DNA of 59,602 bases, filler included, from Jimgerdemannia flammicorona (lineage: Eukaryota), in NCBI GenBank assembly GCA_003990765.1. It is 2 parts of 2 records of this genome, joined end to end, with 100 filler letters (N's around TTAATTAATTAA, not from the genome) between each part and the next. Parts side by side here need not be neighbours in the genome. Positions count along the whole stretch, not along the records: positions 29,873 to 59,602 come from RBNJ01000473.1; 1 more part is not named here. The stretch is one strand, 5' to 3'. Positions 37,051 through 50,026 of this stretch are shown here, one piece after another. Positions within the stretch are counted from its first letter, which is position 1, and every line of letters begins with the position of its first letter. A program made the translations under genes and the position numbers. Below the pieces are notes generated by a model, which saw nothing but the letters and a program-made list of their open reading frames with translations, was not told where the DNA came from and ran no database searches.

Positions 37051-40000
37051 CTATATAAACTATCATCTATCTTCTCATATTATAGCAGAATATTTTATTC
37101 ATCATTTATTGGAAACTTGCTGATATATTGTACATTCCAAATAATATTCATAGATAGACATAGGTTCTATCTGGGGTGATGAAGGCTGATTTCCCACTTA
37201 CTGTTTCTGTGAGTCTGATTTGGTGGAATTCTGAGTATAGATTCAAGGTACTGTAATACTGTACTTTATCTTCCAGAGTTATAAGGATGTCACTGATAAG
37301 GGGCAGTGGTTAGTGATCCTTCTTGGTGACTATGTTGAGCTTTCTGTAATCAATACAGAGTCTTGGAGTAAATTTTCCAGACTTGCTTTCTTTCTTTAGA
37401 ACTAGTATAACTGGTGAATATCAGGGGCTACTGGCCTCCTTAATGATACTAGCTTCTTCTATCTGCTTGATTTCTTCTCTGAGCCACTCTTGGTAGGTTA
37501 GTAGGACAGGTCTTGCCTTCTGGTAAATTGGTTCAGTATCTTTAGTATCTATATTATAATAGTAGTATAGAGTCTTTCTTTTGATATCTTTGAAGTCTAT
37601 AGCAAGAACATCCTCAAATTTGTAGAGTATTTTCTTAAGCTCCATCTTGAGTGGGAATTTATTTCTAATAGTATAATTGTACTTATTTATAATTTTCTCC
37701 TTCTTATACTTCAGCTTAATAATCTTGATACTGGTAAATACTTCTCTTTCTATAGATCTGAATTCTTTCTTTTCTCTCTCTGTTTTCTCTGGCTTCTTAA
37801 CTTTTATAATCTTTAGTTATAGGATTGGAAAGATCAGTATCTGTGCCAACTGGTCCTTCTTCTTAACTGGAAATGATATTGTAGAATTATAGTTCCTAGT
37901 AATGAGTAGGATTTCTCCAGTATTCTAAATTGATAACTTTTCCTTCAATCATAATTTCACTCTTGGCCAGACTGCTTCTTGTCTTAAGGATCCTGATATA
38001 ATCCTTTGGGATTGTTATCTCCAGGCCAGTTGCAAGTAGAGTGATTATCTGAGGTTTGAGTATAGTTTTCTCTTTTTTTTTATATAGTCACTTGGACTCT
38101 GCCATTTATTACCAATCTATTCATAATTATACATCATCTCCTCCACCTATCCGATTCCCATAGGGGAGCCCCTCTCTGCATTATTGTGAATAAAGGCCAC
38201 CTTCTCACCCACTACCCCCACCCTCCCCCAACTCTGCCTACTAATCTTCTCCACTAAGCAGCACCTTTGACCACCCTGCAGCCCCCAACCAAGCCACCAG
38301 CCTGTCAAGGTGTCTTCCATAAGGCCATGTCAATACAACAACTGGTCCCCTAAGCCAAGTCTCCTCTCATCTTCAAAAACAAATGGTCAGTGACTGGTTA
38401 ACCCCACTCAAATCGCCAAAACCCAGTCTAAGATAAGCTACTCCTTTCTCACCCCCCCCCCACCAGTCTATTCCTCAGATCCTCCCACTGACCCTACATA
38501 CCATTGCTCCAATATACTATCCCCAAGTGGTCCCCAACAGTCTGCCAGAAGTCACTAAGTATCTTATACTCCCCTAGCCAATGTTTAGACATCTGCACAT
38601 ATCCCCCTTTCTATCCTACATTGTGGCACTCCTTACAGTCAAAGCAACCCCCCTTGATAAGATGACTCAGCAGAAATTGAGCATCACATTCCTCCTCAGC
38701 ATGTGCCACCAGACTATCCAGTACTTTGGCAGCATCCACCTCCTCACCTCAGCACTCCAGGCCCATATACTATACTAGTTCCATTCTTCACCAATACTGA
38801 CTCCCTGCCATCCACTAGACTACAGATCTTAGCCTTGTCTCCTTTGGCAGTCTATTCCATCACCAATGTCAAACTCATTAAGAGAATGCCTCCCAACAAC
38901 ACTTGGTCCCATCTCTACATCACCTGATCTCAAGCCATCTCTTCTTCATTACTCTGTCAATAAATTCTAATGCAGTATGCCCCCTCTGCTACTCCCCACC
39001 AGAAGCCTTTATATTGCAATTGTGCTGTCTTCTGAAGCCCCACCATTAAAAAGAGATCACCTATCAAGCCTCTTGGTGAGGTTCTCATCTCCCAGACCTT
39101 CTGTATTAGGGAAACCCAACTGCCTCCTCTCAATTCCACCACTCTCTTCAACCACCACACTCTCAAGTAGTATAGCTACTTCAGAAAGTCAACCAGCCTA
39201 AGTTCTTCTCTTGCTACTGGTAAAGATAAGACCTCCCAACTGATCTGACCCCTTCTTCCAGCTCAGATCCACTCCTTGGCTAGCTTCAACAATCACTTCA
39301 CTACCCAGGCTGGAAAGTCCAGATAATAAGTCAGATACCACAACTTTGGTAGTCAATAGATATTCAATCAAGACACACCCTGCTAGAGATAAATAGTGAC
39401 CCCCTCAACTCTACAGAACCTCCCCCAGATTCCAACCCTCTGCTCTCACCAAAGTCTAGGCAGTACTTACCCATATACTGATAAATAAATACCCAAGTAC
39501 TGCACTACCTTATCAGTAGAGATGATTGTTCCAATGATGTCCCCACTCACCAGATCATTGCCCAATACCATTGTTTCACACTTGTGCCAATTGAGTTTGG
39601 CATCAGAGTTCTCCTCATACTACTCTACCATCTTCTTGAGCTCCTCAACATCAGCAATAGATCTCAGGCCAACAACCATGTCATCTGCAAAGGCCCCAAC
39701 TTTCCACCCAATTCCAAAAATAGAGAGCTCTATTATCTTTCACCTGATTCTGTCCATTAGGGGCTCCAGAGAAAGGGCATATAGAATGGGGGACAGTGGG
39801 TCTCCCTGAGGTACTCTCCTACTCAGGGGAAATGATACTCCTCTATATCTATTACAAATGAGTACCACCCTACTCCTTTCCAGTAGGCTGATTATTGCTG
39901 ACTGAAATGGTTGTGGTACCCCAGTCCTATCCAATACTTTTGCCAGCCAGACTCACCACATCCAGTCATAAGCCTTCTCTTGATCCAAGAAGACCAATCA

Positions 40001-43000
40001 CCCATCTAGTCCACAGGCTCATGCCTCTTCAATAACTCCATACATCCAAGCTGTACCATCCCTAATGAGCTGGCCTCCTACAAAGTTCCTCTGCTCAATG
40101 CCCAGAACTTGCTGGGCCACCTTCTGTAGCCATACAACCACTACCTTAGTCACCAACTTTCTGTACATATCCAGCAGCATAATTGGCCACCAGTTCTTCC
40201 AGTCCTCATACCTTTCTTTATTCTTATAAAGCAGTATCACCAGCCCCAGATCCTGTTCCCCTACCTATCTCTCTGTCTATAATATAAAGTCACACAATGC
40301 TGTCATCTCACTCAGAACTCCTGGGACTCCCACCATCTTCTTCCAGAAGTCCCAGGGCAGACCATCCTCCCCAGGTGCTGTGCCTGGAGTTGTCACAGCA
40401 AGAACCTAGTGAATCTCCTCCTTCTGTACTGATAACACCAAGTCACCCAGCCCATCTGCTTGAGGAGGGTGCCAATTCTTCAATACCTAGTCAATAGCAG
40501 CAGTATCTGCCCCCCCCCTCCTCCTCACTCCACAATCTACTCCATTGCTCCTTTAGTGAACCAAGGATGTCTTATATACCATGCACCAGTATACTATCAG
40601 AGTCAATCACCCTCTCTCACTATTGCTGTACCCTTCTCACCTGAAGGGCCCTCATGAGATACTTAGAGGGTCTCTCCCCTTCCTCCAACCATTGCCAATG
40701 AAGCTATACTGCCAAGCTCTGCACTCTTGCCTTCTCCTCATCCCTCAGTACTTGTTGTAATTCTCCAATCTCCTTTTTTGCCCTCATCAATCTCCAATCC
40801 TCTCTCCCCTCCACTACTATAGCTAGCCCTGCCCAATCCTCCAAAAGTCTGGTCAGTCTAACAGAAGCCCATCTCACCTATCACCTCCTCTACTTCCCAG
40901 CTTCTCTACTAGCCTCACTCCAGTAAACCTTGGCCATTACTTTCATCCTCATCTACCTAATACCAACTGGGGTACCTTCCTGCCTCCAGCTCTCCACCCT
41001 CAGTTGAATGTCTTCTACCCATATGTTCCACTGAATCCCATCATCTAGTAATGAGGAATTGAGGTGCCAATGTCCAGGCCCATCCCTACTTCCCCCAAAA
41101 TGTCCCTGCCCTAACAGCCCTCAATGATCTGACCAAGGACACCATTCCACTTCCAGTGACTTCCAAACATCCAATCCTCAGCAGCTGATCATCAGCATCT
41201 AGTTAATCCTTGTCCCCAGACCCCTTGCTCAGTATATGTATACCCTCCTATCTCCCCAATTCTCCCTACCCACATCTATCAAAGCACTTAGCCTTTCCAG
41301 ATCCTCTCATACCACTAACCCTCCACTCCTATTCTCAGCTCTCCTTCCACCATCTATTCTATTCACTCATGTATCCTGAACCATATTGAAGTCACCACCA
41401 AGCACATCCACTCCAGCCTCTGCAAGGACCCCACTCTCCTGGAGACCCTTCATCCAATCCACATGCTCACTCTGCACAACAGAGTAGTAACAGGAGCCCA
41501 CTGTGACCAGCTCTCAGCCTATATGTATCCACTCTCCTCAGACCAATCTTTCCCTCTAGCTCCTCATCTCTTGTATCTTCCCTCAACTCTTTTGGACCAG
41601 AATTCCAACCTTGTCCTTCCAAACTACCTCACCTCTCCATTCCTTTGTCCATTCCAGCCTATCCAAATCATCCTCACATCTAACATCCTGCAAGAGGAAG
41701 AGATTGGCCTCCAATCCTTTCAGCTAAGTAAAAATATTCCTATATTGAGAAGTGCCCTGTAACCCATTTACATTCAAAGAGAAAATGTTGATTGTACTAT
41801 TTATAATGAAATACAGTATGTTATCCAGTCTATCTCTACTACTCCATGTTTACCTCTTTCTATGCCATATCCAGATTATGTTCTGCAGTCACTGCTTCCT
41901 CTTCAGTCCTCTGAGCCTCCAGTCCAGCCAATAGCTCATTCATCTCTCCATCTGTCTTCTCCTCAAACTTCTCATGGTACTCCAGACAGGCCTCCTGCCA
42001 GAGCTGTAATCTATGATACTTGTCCCAACAGTATTTAGCCCTCTCACCAGCAACTCCTGCTAGCTCAGCCTCCCACTCCTTATCTACCTCATACTCTTCC
42101 TCCTCCAGATATACCATAAGGATTTCTGTCTTCAATATCAGCTCTATCTCATCTCCTTACAGGATCCTCACCCAATGCTCATTACTCATTACTCTCAAGT
42201 CTATCTCCCCCAACTCTTCAGCTACTAGATTATTCATCATTCTGTATATCCAAAGTAGGTTCCCCACCTCCTTCCCCCCAGGAGTCACTGGTCTCCCTCC
42301 ATCCAACATCATGGTATTAGCTTCTGTACTCACAGACTTATCTCACACCTCTAGGATATCTACCAGTTCATCCTCTCCAACTGCCACCACTTGTCCCCCA
42401 TTTGCCACCTTAGGAACTCCAAACTGCACTTGCTGGGCCCCCCTCATTGGCACATCCTCTACCACCCTACTTTAGGAAGCTAGACCTCACCTGATAAGAG
42501 GAGTAGGGGTAGGTGATCTCTTCCAGTTATCCTCCCAGACCTCAAATATACCATCAGTATATGGATCCTTGCTAGTCACTTTTCTGTCCTCCCTTGCCAC
42601 CTTCTCTGTGCTCCTGCCATCCTTGTTGGCCCAGACACTCGCTTTGGCACCCCCTGCCTCTACCATTCTATCCATATCCTTCTGAGGTCCATCTTCCAGC
42701 TTAGCCAACAGCTTCTTTTAATACTTATGCTCCTGAGCTCTTTCCTACTGCCCTTTGTCCATTCTAATCTGCTTTCCATCTACTACCTCCAAGTGTGTTG
42801 ATTCTACAAAAGCCTTCTAAGCCTTTACCTGCTGCTCCACTACACTACTCAGCTCTTTCAATGTTTCTAACAAATTCTCTTCCTCCTCCTCACTTTCTTT
42901 CACCCTCATCACCTTACACAAGATTGCCCCCCAGACTATCACTAATGGCCAGTCTCTTATCTTCCCAGTAGCCTTCTTCCCAGCCAGCCAAATCTGTACA

Positions 43001-46000
43001 TCAACATCCCTAGTCCTAAGTGAGGTCCCTTTCCAGACCCTGAAGCTGATGTCCACCATCTTGTCATACTCTACTATAACCTCCTCAACTCTCCTTCTTG
43101 TCTCCACCACTGTTACCATGGGCACTCCTTTCACTAGCAGTTGTACTATCCTGGGATCCTATCTCAGGCAGTACACCATAGGGACACATACTTCCCCAAT
43201 AGTCAGACCAATCTTCAGCACCTCCTCCAAAGGCTCAGCCTCCTCAAAGCCCACTTTCACTCTCTCTAGTCCCTTCAGAAACTTTACTGATACTGCTTCA
43301 GTCACCTGCTTAGTGATTAGCCCTAGTACCATTTTTGCCATCACTGCTAGGCCTCAGAAGCATAGTATAACTGCAAATACCAAGATTGATTTTTTGAGTA
43401 ATGGGGCTACTGCCAGGCCCATCACACTATCTGTCAAGTCCCCCTGCCCTCTAAGCCCCTGTCACTCAGCTATGCTATCAGTAGTTATATCTGGATTTTT
43501 TTCCAGATTGGCAGTCCTGTCACCATCAGCTGTCATACTTACCCCAGCCACTACTTCCCTAGCTCTACTACTCTCACTGCCAAGAGCTACTTCCCTGTAA
43601 ACTGCTGTCTTCTCCATCTCCTTGCCTTTCTTCAGCCATCTCTCCAGCCCTGATGTCTACTGTCTCTCCTTCACTATCTCTGCAAAGCTCACCCTCTCAG
43701 ACTCTTGTCCTCCACCACTACTTCCTCTCCCTCCTCATCCTCCTGCCAGCAGCCCCCTCATACCTCCCCTCAGGCCAGGACCTCTCCCCACCTGCTGCCA
43801 GTCAAATGTACTAGGACTGCCCTGCCCAGTATATACCCCAGATTGCTTGCTGTTTGCCATTGCCTTAATACCTTTCTCTAAAAAATAACTTGAAAGTGTG
43901 TTATAAAAGTGTGTATAATATAAATTGTAGCTGAGAAAGGTGACAGTGTCCTATACTGTGGTAATATCTATTCTAGCTACATTTTCTGACTTATATTCTG
44001 ATAGGACTATATCAGGATAAATCTTCCAAATATTGATCTTGATTTCCTCTTTATCATCACTGTCTTCAAGGAGAGCTAGTAGTTTGTCATCCTCTTCTTC
44101 TTTCATTTTCTTTTCTTCTCTTATCTATTTCTCAAGAGCCTTCTCTCTTCTTTAGTAGTAGATCTCCTTGATTTTGCTAGTATACTGGTAATACTTATTG
44201 ATATACTCCATACAGTACATTTGGATCCTATGGAGACAGACTTCTTGTAGTACATATCCTTCTATAATCTTCTTGTACTAGTCTTCTTCACTCATCTATC
44301 TGATTTTCTTCTTCTTTTTCTGAGTTATCACTATATAGACTTTCTCTTGTTTACTCTCTTCTTTCTTTATCTCAGACAGGACTCCTTTGTTGATATTGAT
44401 AGAAATTTACAACTTTTGTCTATGGTAGATAATCTGTATCTTCTGAGCATTCAGATCAATTACTGCCTTGGTCTTGTAAAGCCATTGATTGCTGATAAGA
44501 ATATCATAGTTAGTTGTATTGATCATAATTATATCCACTGAAATGATTGCTCCTCCAAACTTGATGAGAATATCTCAGATCTTTCCTAGAGATATAGCTC
44601 TTATACTATCTGCTGTGACAAATACCAATTTGGTTGCTTTTTAGACTTCTCAATCTAGGCAGTCTGCTGCTTTCTTACTGAGGAGGTATTATCCTACTCC
44701 TGTATCAATAATAGCCTCAAAGACTCTATCCTTGATTTGACAGATTATATAGACAGAGGTCTTATAGTTGTCTTCACTTTCTTCTCCTGAGTCCTCTTAA
44801 ATATTGTTAGTCTCAGTTATCTTCCATCCTTGCTCCTTGGTTGTTTGATGAGTCTGAATCTTATTTACTGTCTAAATGTGGAAATTTCTACTAGCTGGCC
44901 AAAAATTGTATTGATTTTTTATTAACTAAGGTCCTTGAAGATATCATACTTGAAGTCTTGGTTTTGTGAAGCTTTTTCTTCTTTTCTCCTTTACTGGCTG
45001 GAGTGGTTCCTTAGATGATATCTTAAACAGTCTGTTTTAGCTCCATATCTTAATCTGTTTTTTCATGTAGTAGTCTCTATCTACTTTTTCACAGAGTTTT
45101 TCTTGGGTCTCTCTGGTGATCTCTTATAGGGTTGTTTACAGACATCTTTTCTGATAGTCTCAGTAGAGTAGACTTCCCATTTCTTTTCATCTGATTCTCC
45201 AATCTCCTTAAAGGTGATGATATTGATCTATTTCTTATTTTGAGTAACATTGCTTGGCTATGCCTTATACTTGGTTTCACTTATATATTTATATGAGTAG
45301 TAGCCCTCTTTTCTATAAGTATAACAGATATCTCTCTTCTTGTCTGAGGTAGTGGCAAATTTCTGAACTGAGTGGTGGTCTCTTCTTTTAATTTCCTTTA
45401 CCACATCTCTTAGATAGGCTGTCATTTTGGCAAACTTCTTGATAAGTTCCTCTATGAGATTACTATTTCTCTATTATTTAGTAGCTCTTAGTTGAGGTGT
45501 GTTTCAATTGATCATTATGATAGAGATTACACTAGTTACCTTGAGTACTTTGATTCTGACTTCAGTAACTCTCTCTATTGTATAGTCTTGTAAGTATCTG
45601 GCTATCTAGTATCACTGAGCATAGGTGACCTTCTGTATCAGATCTAGAACTATTAGTGATGAGTGGATGGCCAGAGCTATCTCTAGGTAGATTTCTTTCT
45701 TAAAGATTACTTCAGCTACTTAATCCCTAATAGTGGCAGTATAATTTGTAAGGATTATTTGATATTGGATTCTGGTGTAGAATGTGTTTGGATCCTTACT
45801 CATTCCTTGATATATTGTGTTGAGCTAATCCTTCAATATCTGCTTGATCTTATCTATGTAGTATATGGCTCAGAGCCAGGTCTTCTATACTGCTAGCATA
45901 GCATCATCATCATTTTCTATATGGGTTGCAGCTGTGAATACTGCTCTTACTGGTTCTCAGAGACTGAAGAGTATGAGGATTACTTGCTGCCTTACTATCA

Positions 46001-46460
46001 GGTCTCTTATAGTGATATATTGCTTGAAATCATCAATAAAGGTGATAATTGACTTATCTGAAATATAACTATAGAATACTAGTAGTCTCATATCTATCTT
46101 ATCTAGATATCTTGGTTCAATTTATATAGTTGTTCAGGTGATAGCAGTTGTTCATTGTTCAGCTTGAAAGTGAGAGATTCATCTTGAATTACTAGCCAAT
46201 AAGTACCAAGTTGTAATGTAGTAGATACTTAATCTTAGAAGTATATCAGATTTCTGTATCTTGAAAACTTGATTTTCTTTGACTCTGCAGAGTCCTTGAG
46301 ATACAGGAGTAAGTGAGTTTAAAGTATATCTACTCACAGACTTACTAGTTTCTTTGTTTTCTCTTTGCTTTGAACTATTTCAATCTAAGGTTTATTTACT
46401 CTAAGATATTGAGTTATTTATATAAGTTTGCTAGCTATGAGATAGATGGTTAAGTTATAA
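37051..46460 (-). mobile_element. Decayed Gypsy element 3 (same family as element 1), cut at the RT active-site motif by element 2 and split in dUTPase by a LINE
   Basis: Reverse complement matches element 1: LTR remnant 46212-46460, leader, gag ~46100-44760, protease ~44740-44400, dUTPase 44040-43950 plus 38070-37745, RT 37600-37051. Confidence 0.88.
38071..43948 (-). mobile_element. Near full-length, mutated L1/Tx1-like LINE (ORF1 + APE-RT ORF2)
   Basis: ORF1 ~43860-41860. ORF2: NIFSLNVNGL, LGGDFN, WSDH (APE endonuclease); LDQEKAYD, QGDPLSPILY, FADD, YLG (RT). Short poly(A) at the 3' end (~38073-38081); Gypsy dUTPase sequence resumes on both sides. Confidence 0.9.
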
Positions 46461-47448
46461 GTTATTTCAAAAGTATCAAAATATTTTGACATTGTCAAAA
46501 TACTATACTATATTAGATCTTCAATTTTGAATTTTTGAAATTGTTGAAATCAGAGACTACTAACTATAAGGCTATACTAATTTGAGACTAGTGGTAATTA
46601 AATATCTATTCCCTATTTTCTTTTTTAAATTTGATTCTACTATCATATTATATTTAAATTAATCATATACTTAGTCAAAATCTACAAACTATTACTTAAT
46701 TAATATATATAAATACCCTAGTAATTATATTTAAAATAAATCAGCTCTTAGTTTAGTATAAAATATAAAAAGTTCTTTATATATATTCTTCTAAGTTTTT
46801 AGTAATAATATCTAAATTACTCTAGTTTTCTAACTAAACTTCAGAAGTCTAACTAACTTTTGCTAAACTGAGAACTAGTTTATATAAATATAAGAAAACA
46901 CTTTTAAATCTAAAGTTTAAGAGATTTAGTCTATAAAAATAAGTTTCTTGAGTAATTATTATTATAAGAGAAGGGCAATACTATTATTTTACTATAAAAA
47001 AAACTATACTTCCTCAACTTAGTTAGAAAAGAGAAAGAATATTTAAAAGACTTCTTAATATTATATATATATATATATATCAAGTTTCTAAGTAATATTT
47101 TATTATCTGAGTTATCTAAAGATAAGCTTGAAATAGTATAGTAAAATTTGTCTAAAACAATACTACCTAATTCAATAATCTCTATATATCAATATTAGTA
47201 ACCAGTCCTAATATCAGATATATACTTAATTCAATAAATCTCTATAATTCAATATTCAATAATCTTTTTTAGTCTCCAAAATTTTATTATTCAATATACT
47301 CTATAAAAAATAAAAAAAAAAACCTATAAATATACTTCAAAACTTCCTAGGCTAGCTAAAAAAAAATACTTGATATTCTTCTGGACTATTTATTAGCTTC
47401 TAAGCATATTGATCTTATCTTATATATGCTATAATAATAAAATAAATA
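46460..47448. other. Extremely AT-rich decayed repeat, class unresolved (possibly a DNA transposon relic)
   Basis: CpG-free, TpA-rich; only a faint TLLNLKFK (LDPRFK-like) trace at ~46900. Confidence 0.3.
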
Positions 47449-48639
47449 CAGTATTCTTGTCTTTCTATATATAGTAACCAGAAAGTCTCTGGTGACTGAA
47501 GTATATTGCTGGCTTTTTTTTCTATCACTAAAGTGACTTTCTGACTATTGTTCTCTTTATTAGCATTACTAGTCTGAGTACTCTTCAGCTAAGAGAGATA
47601 GTTCTTAATAATTTCATCAAGAGTAGATATATAGGGGATAATGTCCTCATCTGGATAATTGAGAAGATTTCTGATATCTATAGAGTTCCTGTAGCAGAAC
47701 TTAGTGATCTGGAACTCTAGTTTGTTAATGATATCCTTATAATGAGGTCCTTCTCAGTAGGTAGCTGCTCAGGTACATCTGCTATATAGATCTGGCAGTA
47801 TCTGAAGTAGTTCTGAATGATTTCAGTCTTAACATCTATAGCTCAGACAGAAATAGCCAACTAGATGGCCTCCGGCATATTGATCTTCTCCACCTACTCT
47901 ATATCATCTTCAAGATACTGTAGCAGTAGATAGTTAAAGCAATGATAGTAATATATCTTGAAATTACAAATAATACTAATATCACATAGCTGAATTTTGA
48001 ATATCATATTTGGAAAGAGGTAGAAAATAGTAGTATTTCTCAACTCAATATAGATAGAGAGTTTGTTAAAAGATATATGTATACTGTAGTTATTAAGAAT
48101 CAAAAGAATCTAGCAATTTATAATATAAAGATCAAATACTTTCAGCTATTCCAAAAAGATAATCTGAGTCATTTAAGTCTTTGAGTTACTTTAATATTTA
48201 TAGTCAATACTGTTATAGTTGATATTCTTAAAGTACTAGAGATTTTTATACTTTCTGATAACTTAAAGTGTAAGCTTGTCTGACCTATCTTTATTACAAC
48301 AGAGAGCTATAGTGAGCTGCTCTTTATTCTATTTATATTCTTCAAGTTACTTTATAGTAAGAGAGTTATTAGCTTAGAATAGATAATGTTTAAGATTAGT
48401 AGATATGAAAGGTAAAATCTAAGATATAATTATAATTAGAAAGTAAGTATTTTATGTCAAATATATATATAGTAAAAGAGACCTATTTTATCTATATTGT
48501 ATATATATTTTTAGATATACTTATTCAGTAACTAGTAGATTTTCAGAAGTATAAGATTGATAGCATTTATGTTCACTGAGCTACTCTTGCTGAAATAGTA
48601 AAAAGACTTGATTTTATAGTAAAGCTTAAATGCTTCAAG
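47449..48639 (-). mobile_element. Decayed pogo/Tigger-like (DDE_1, CENP-B family) DNA transposon, truncated by element 4
   Basis: Mutated motifs IYNIDKIGLFY (YNMDETGLFY), KEQLTIALCCN...DKL, LILNNYSIH (LDN..H), YLFPNMIFKIQLCDISII (LPPNTTS.IQP.D.GII); TA|CAGT terminus at 47447-47452. Confidence 0.8.
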
Positions 48640-48929
48640 TATAAGTGCACAACCTCTAAGCCACCAAAATCACATGTCACCCTCTGAACAAGCCACTGAA
48701 ATCACATGTGACCTCCAAACAAATCTGGAAATTATCTGCAAGATCATGAAGCTGAGTCAAACCAAAGTTACAGTATACAAAGCTGAGTCAATATGAAGTC
48801 ACAGAACACAAGATTTATACAAATAGAATCTTACCAATCAGGACCAAATGTATATATACTGAGCACCGAGATGTATCAAAACAGAGAACCAAAACAAATA
48901 ACAATCATAACTTCTGAACATATACAAAC

Positions 48930-50026
48930 ATGATCACTGAGATCTACAACTGCATCCGTGCTGACATTTGGAATGTTATTGTCAACCAAGCCACACTCCC
49001 TCTGCCCCTTATGAATATCTATAGCCTAGCACTCCTCTACTTCATGGAAACCAATAGAATGTCCTGAACATACTTAATGAGGCCCACCGAATCAGACAAA
49101 TCTCAAGCTACTATCAGATCGGCCACCTTCTGGAAGACATGATTGAACACCACTATGATACAGATATTACCCAGATGTCTCAACACTAGAAACTCATTGC
49201 TCACAAACACCAAGAACTCTTCTATAAGTATAGCACCTTTATTTCTCATCTCCAAGTTACTATCAGTGAAATGGTTGCTACCCTATCTTATGGCCAAATC
49301 GACAACATGATATAAGAACTCAACCACAAGTATCTTGAGTATATCCAGACTACAGACAGAACCTTCTTGCACCCAGATGACTACATCCTGCAAATGCCTC
49401 AAGTCAGATATACTATGAAGAACATCTATGATATAATCTACTTCAATGAAGATAAAGCAGAAGACAATGACCTCTCTGACACTGACATGACCTCAAGCCA
49501 AGGATCTCTGCCAACCCTGATAATACTGCCAACCTTGCCAATGAACTTACAATAGTTCATAACCACATACAAGACCTATTGGGACAATGATCACTAATAT
49601 GAATACTAACCCACATTCACTCCCGATTACTTCAACTATAATGAAGAGACTGGAGAATACAACCTATACCTCCAGACAACTCTTGAGATTGAACCAACCA
49701 CTCTACCACCCAAGTATGAGTGACATGAACCATAGCTGCTAGCTTACTACAACCCTGTGACTCATAGTGCTATAATCTATAGAAGGTATGCAGATAGCAA
49801 ATCTGATAAAAGCGAAGATGATACACCCCTCCTTCACCTACTAACTCTATATCCAGCATATGAGACAGATGATACTATTCTGTAGAATGGTGATGAAGTC
49901 CCAATATATTATTACCTTAGCGAATAAGGAGAAGTAATCTGCAAACTACTCTTCCTAGATAACTACTTCATCAGAGATAATACCATCAATGGTAATATTA
50001 TTGAAGACTACCCAGATAGCATCTAA
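48930..50026 (+). pseudogene. ~365-codon ORF inside the 5' LTR of element 4
   Basis: Aligns with the 3' LTR copy; stops explicable by C>T/G>A; one 1-nt deletion not shared with the other copy. Confidence 0.7.
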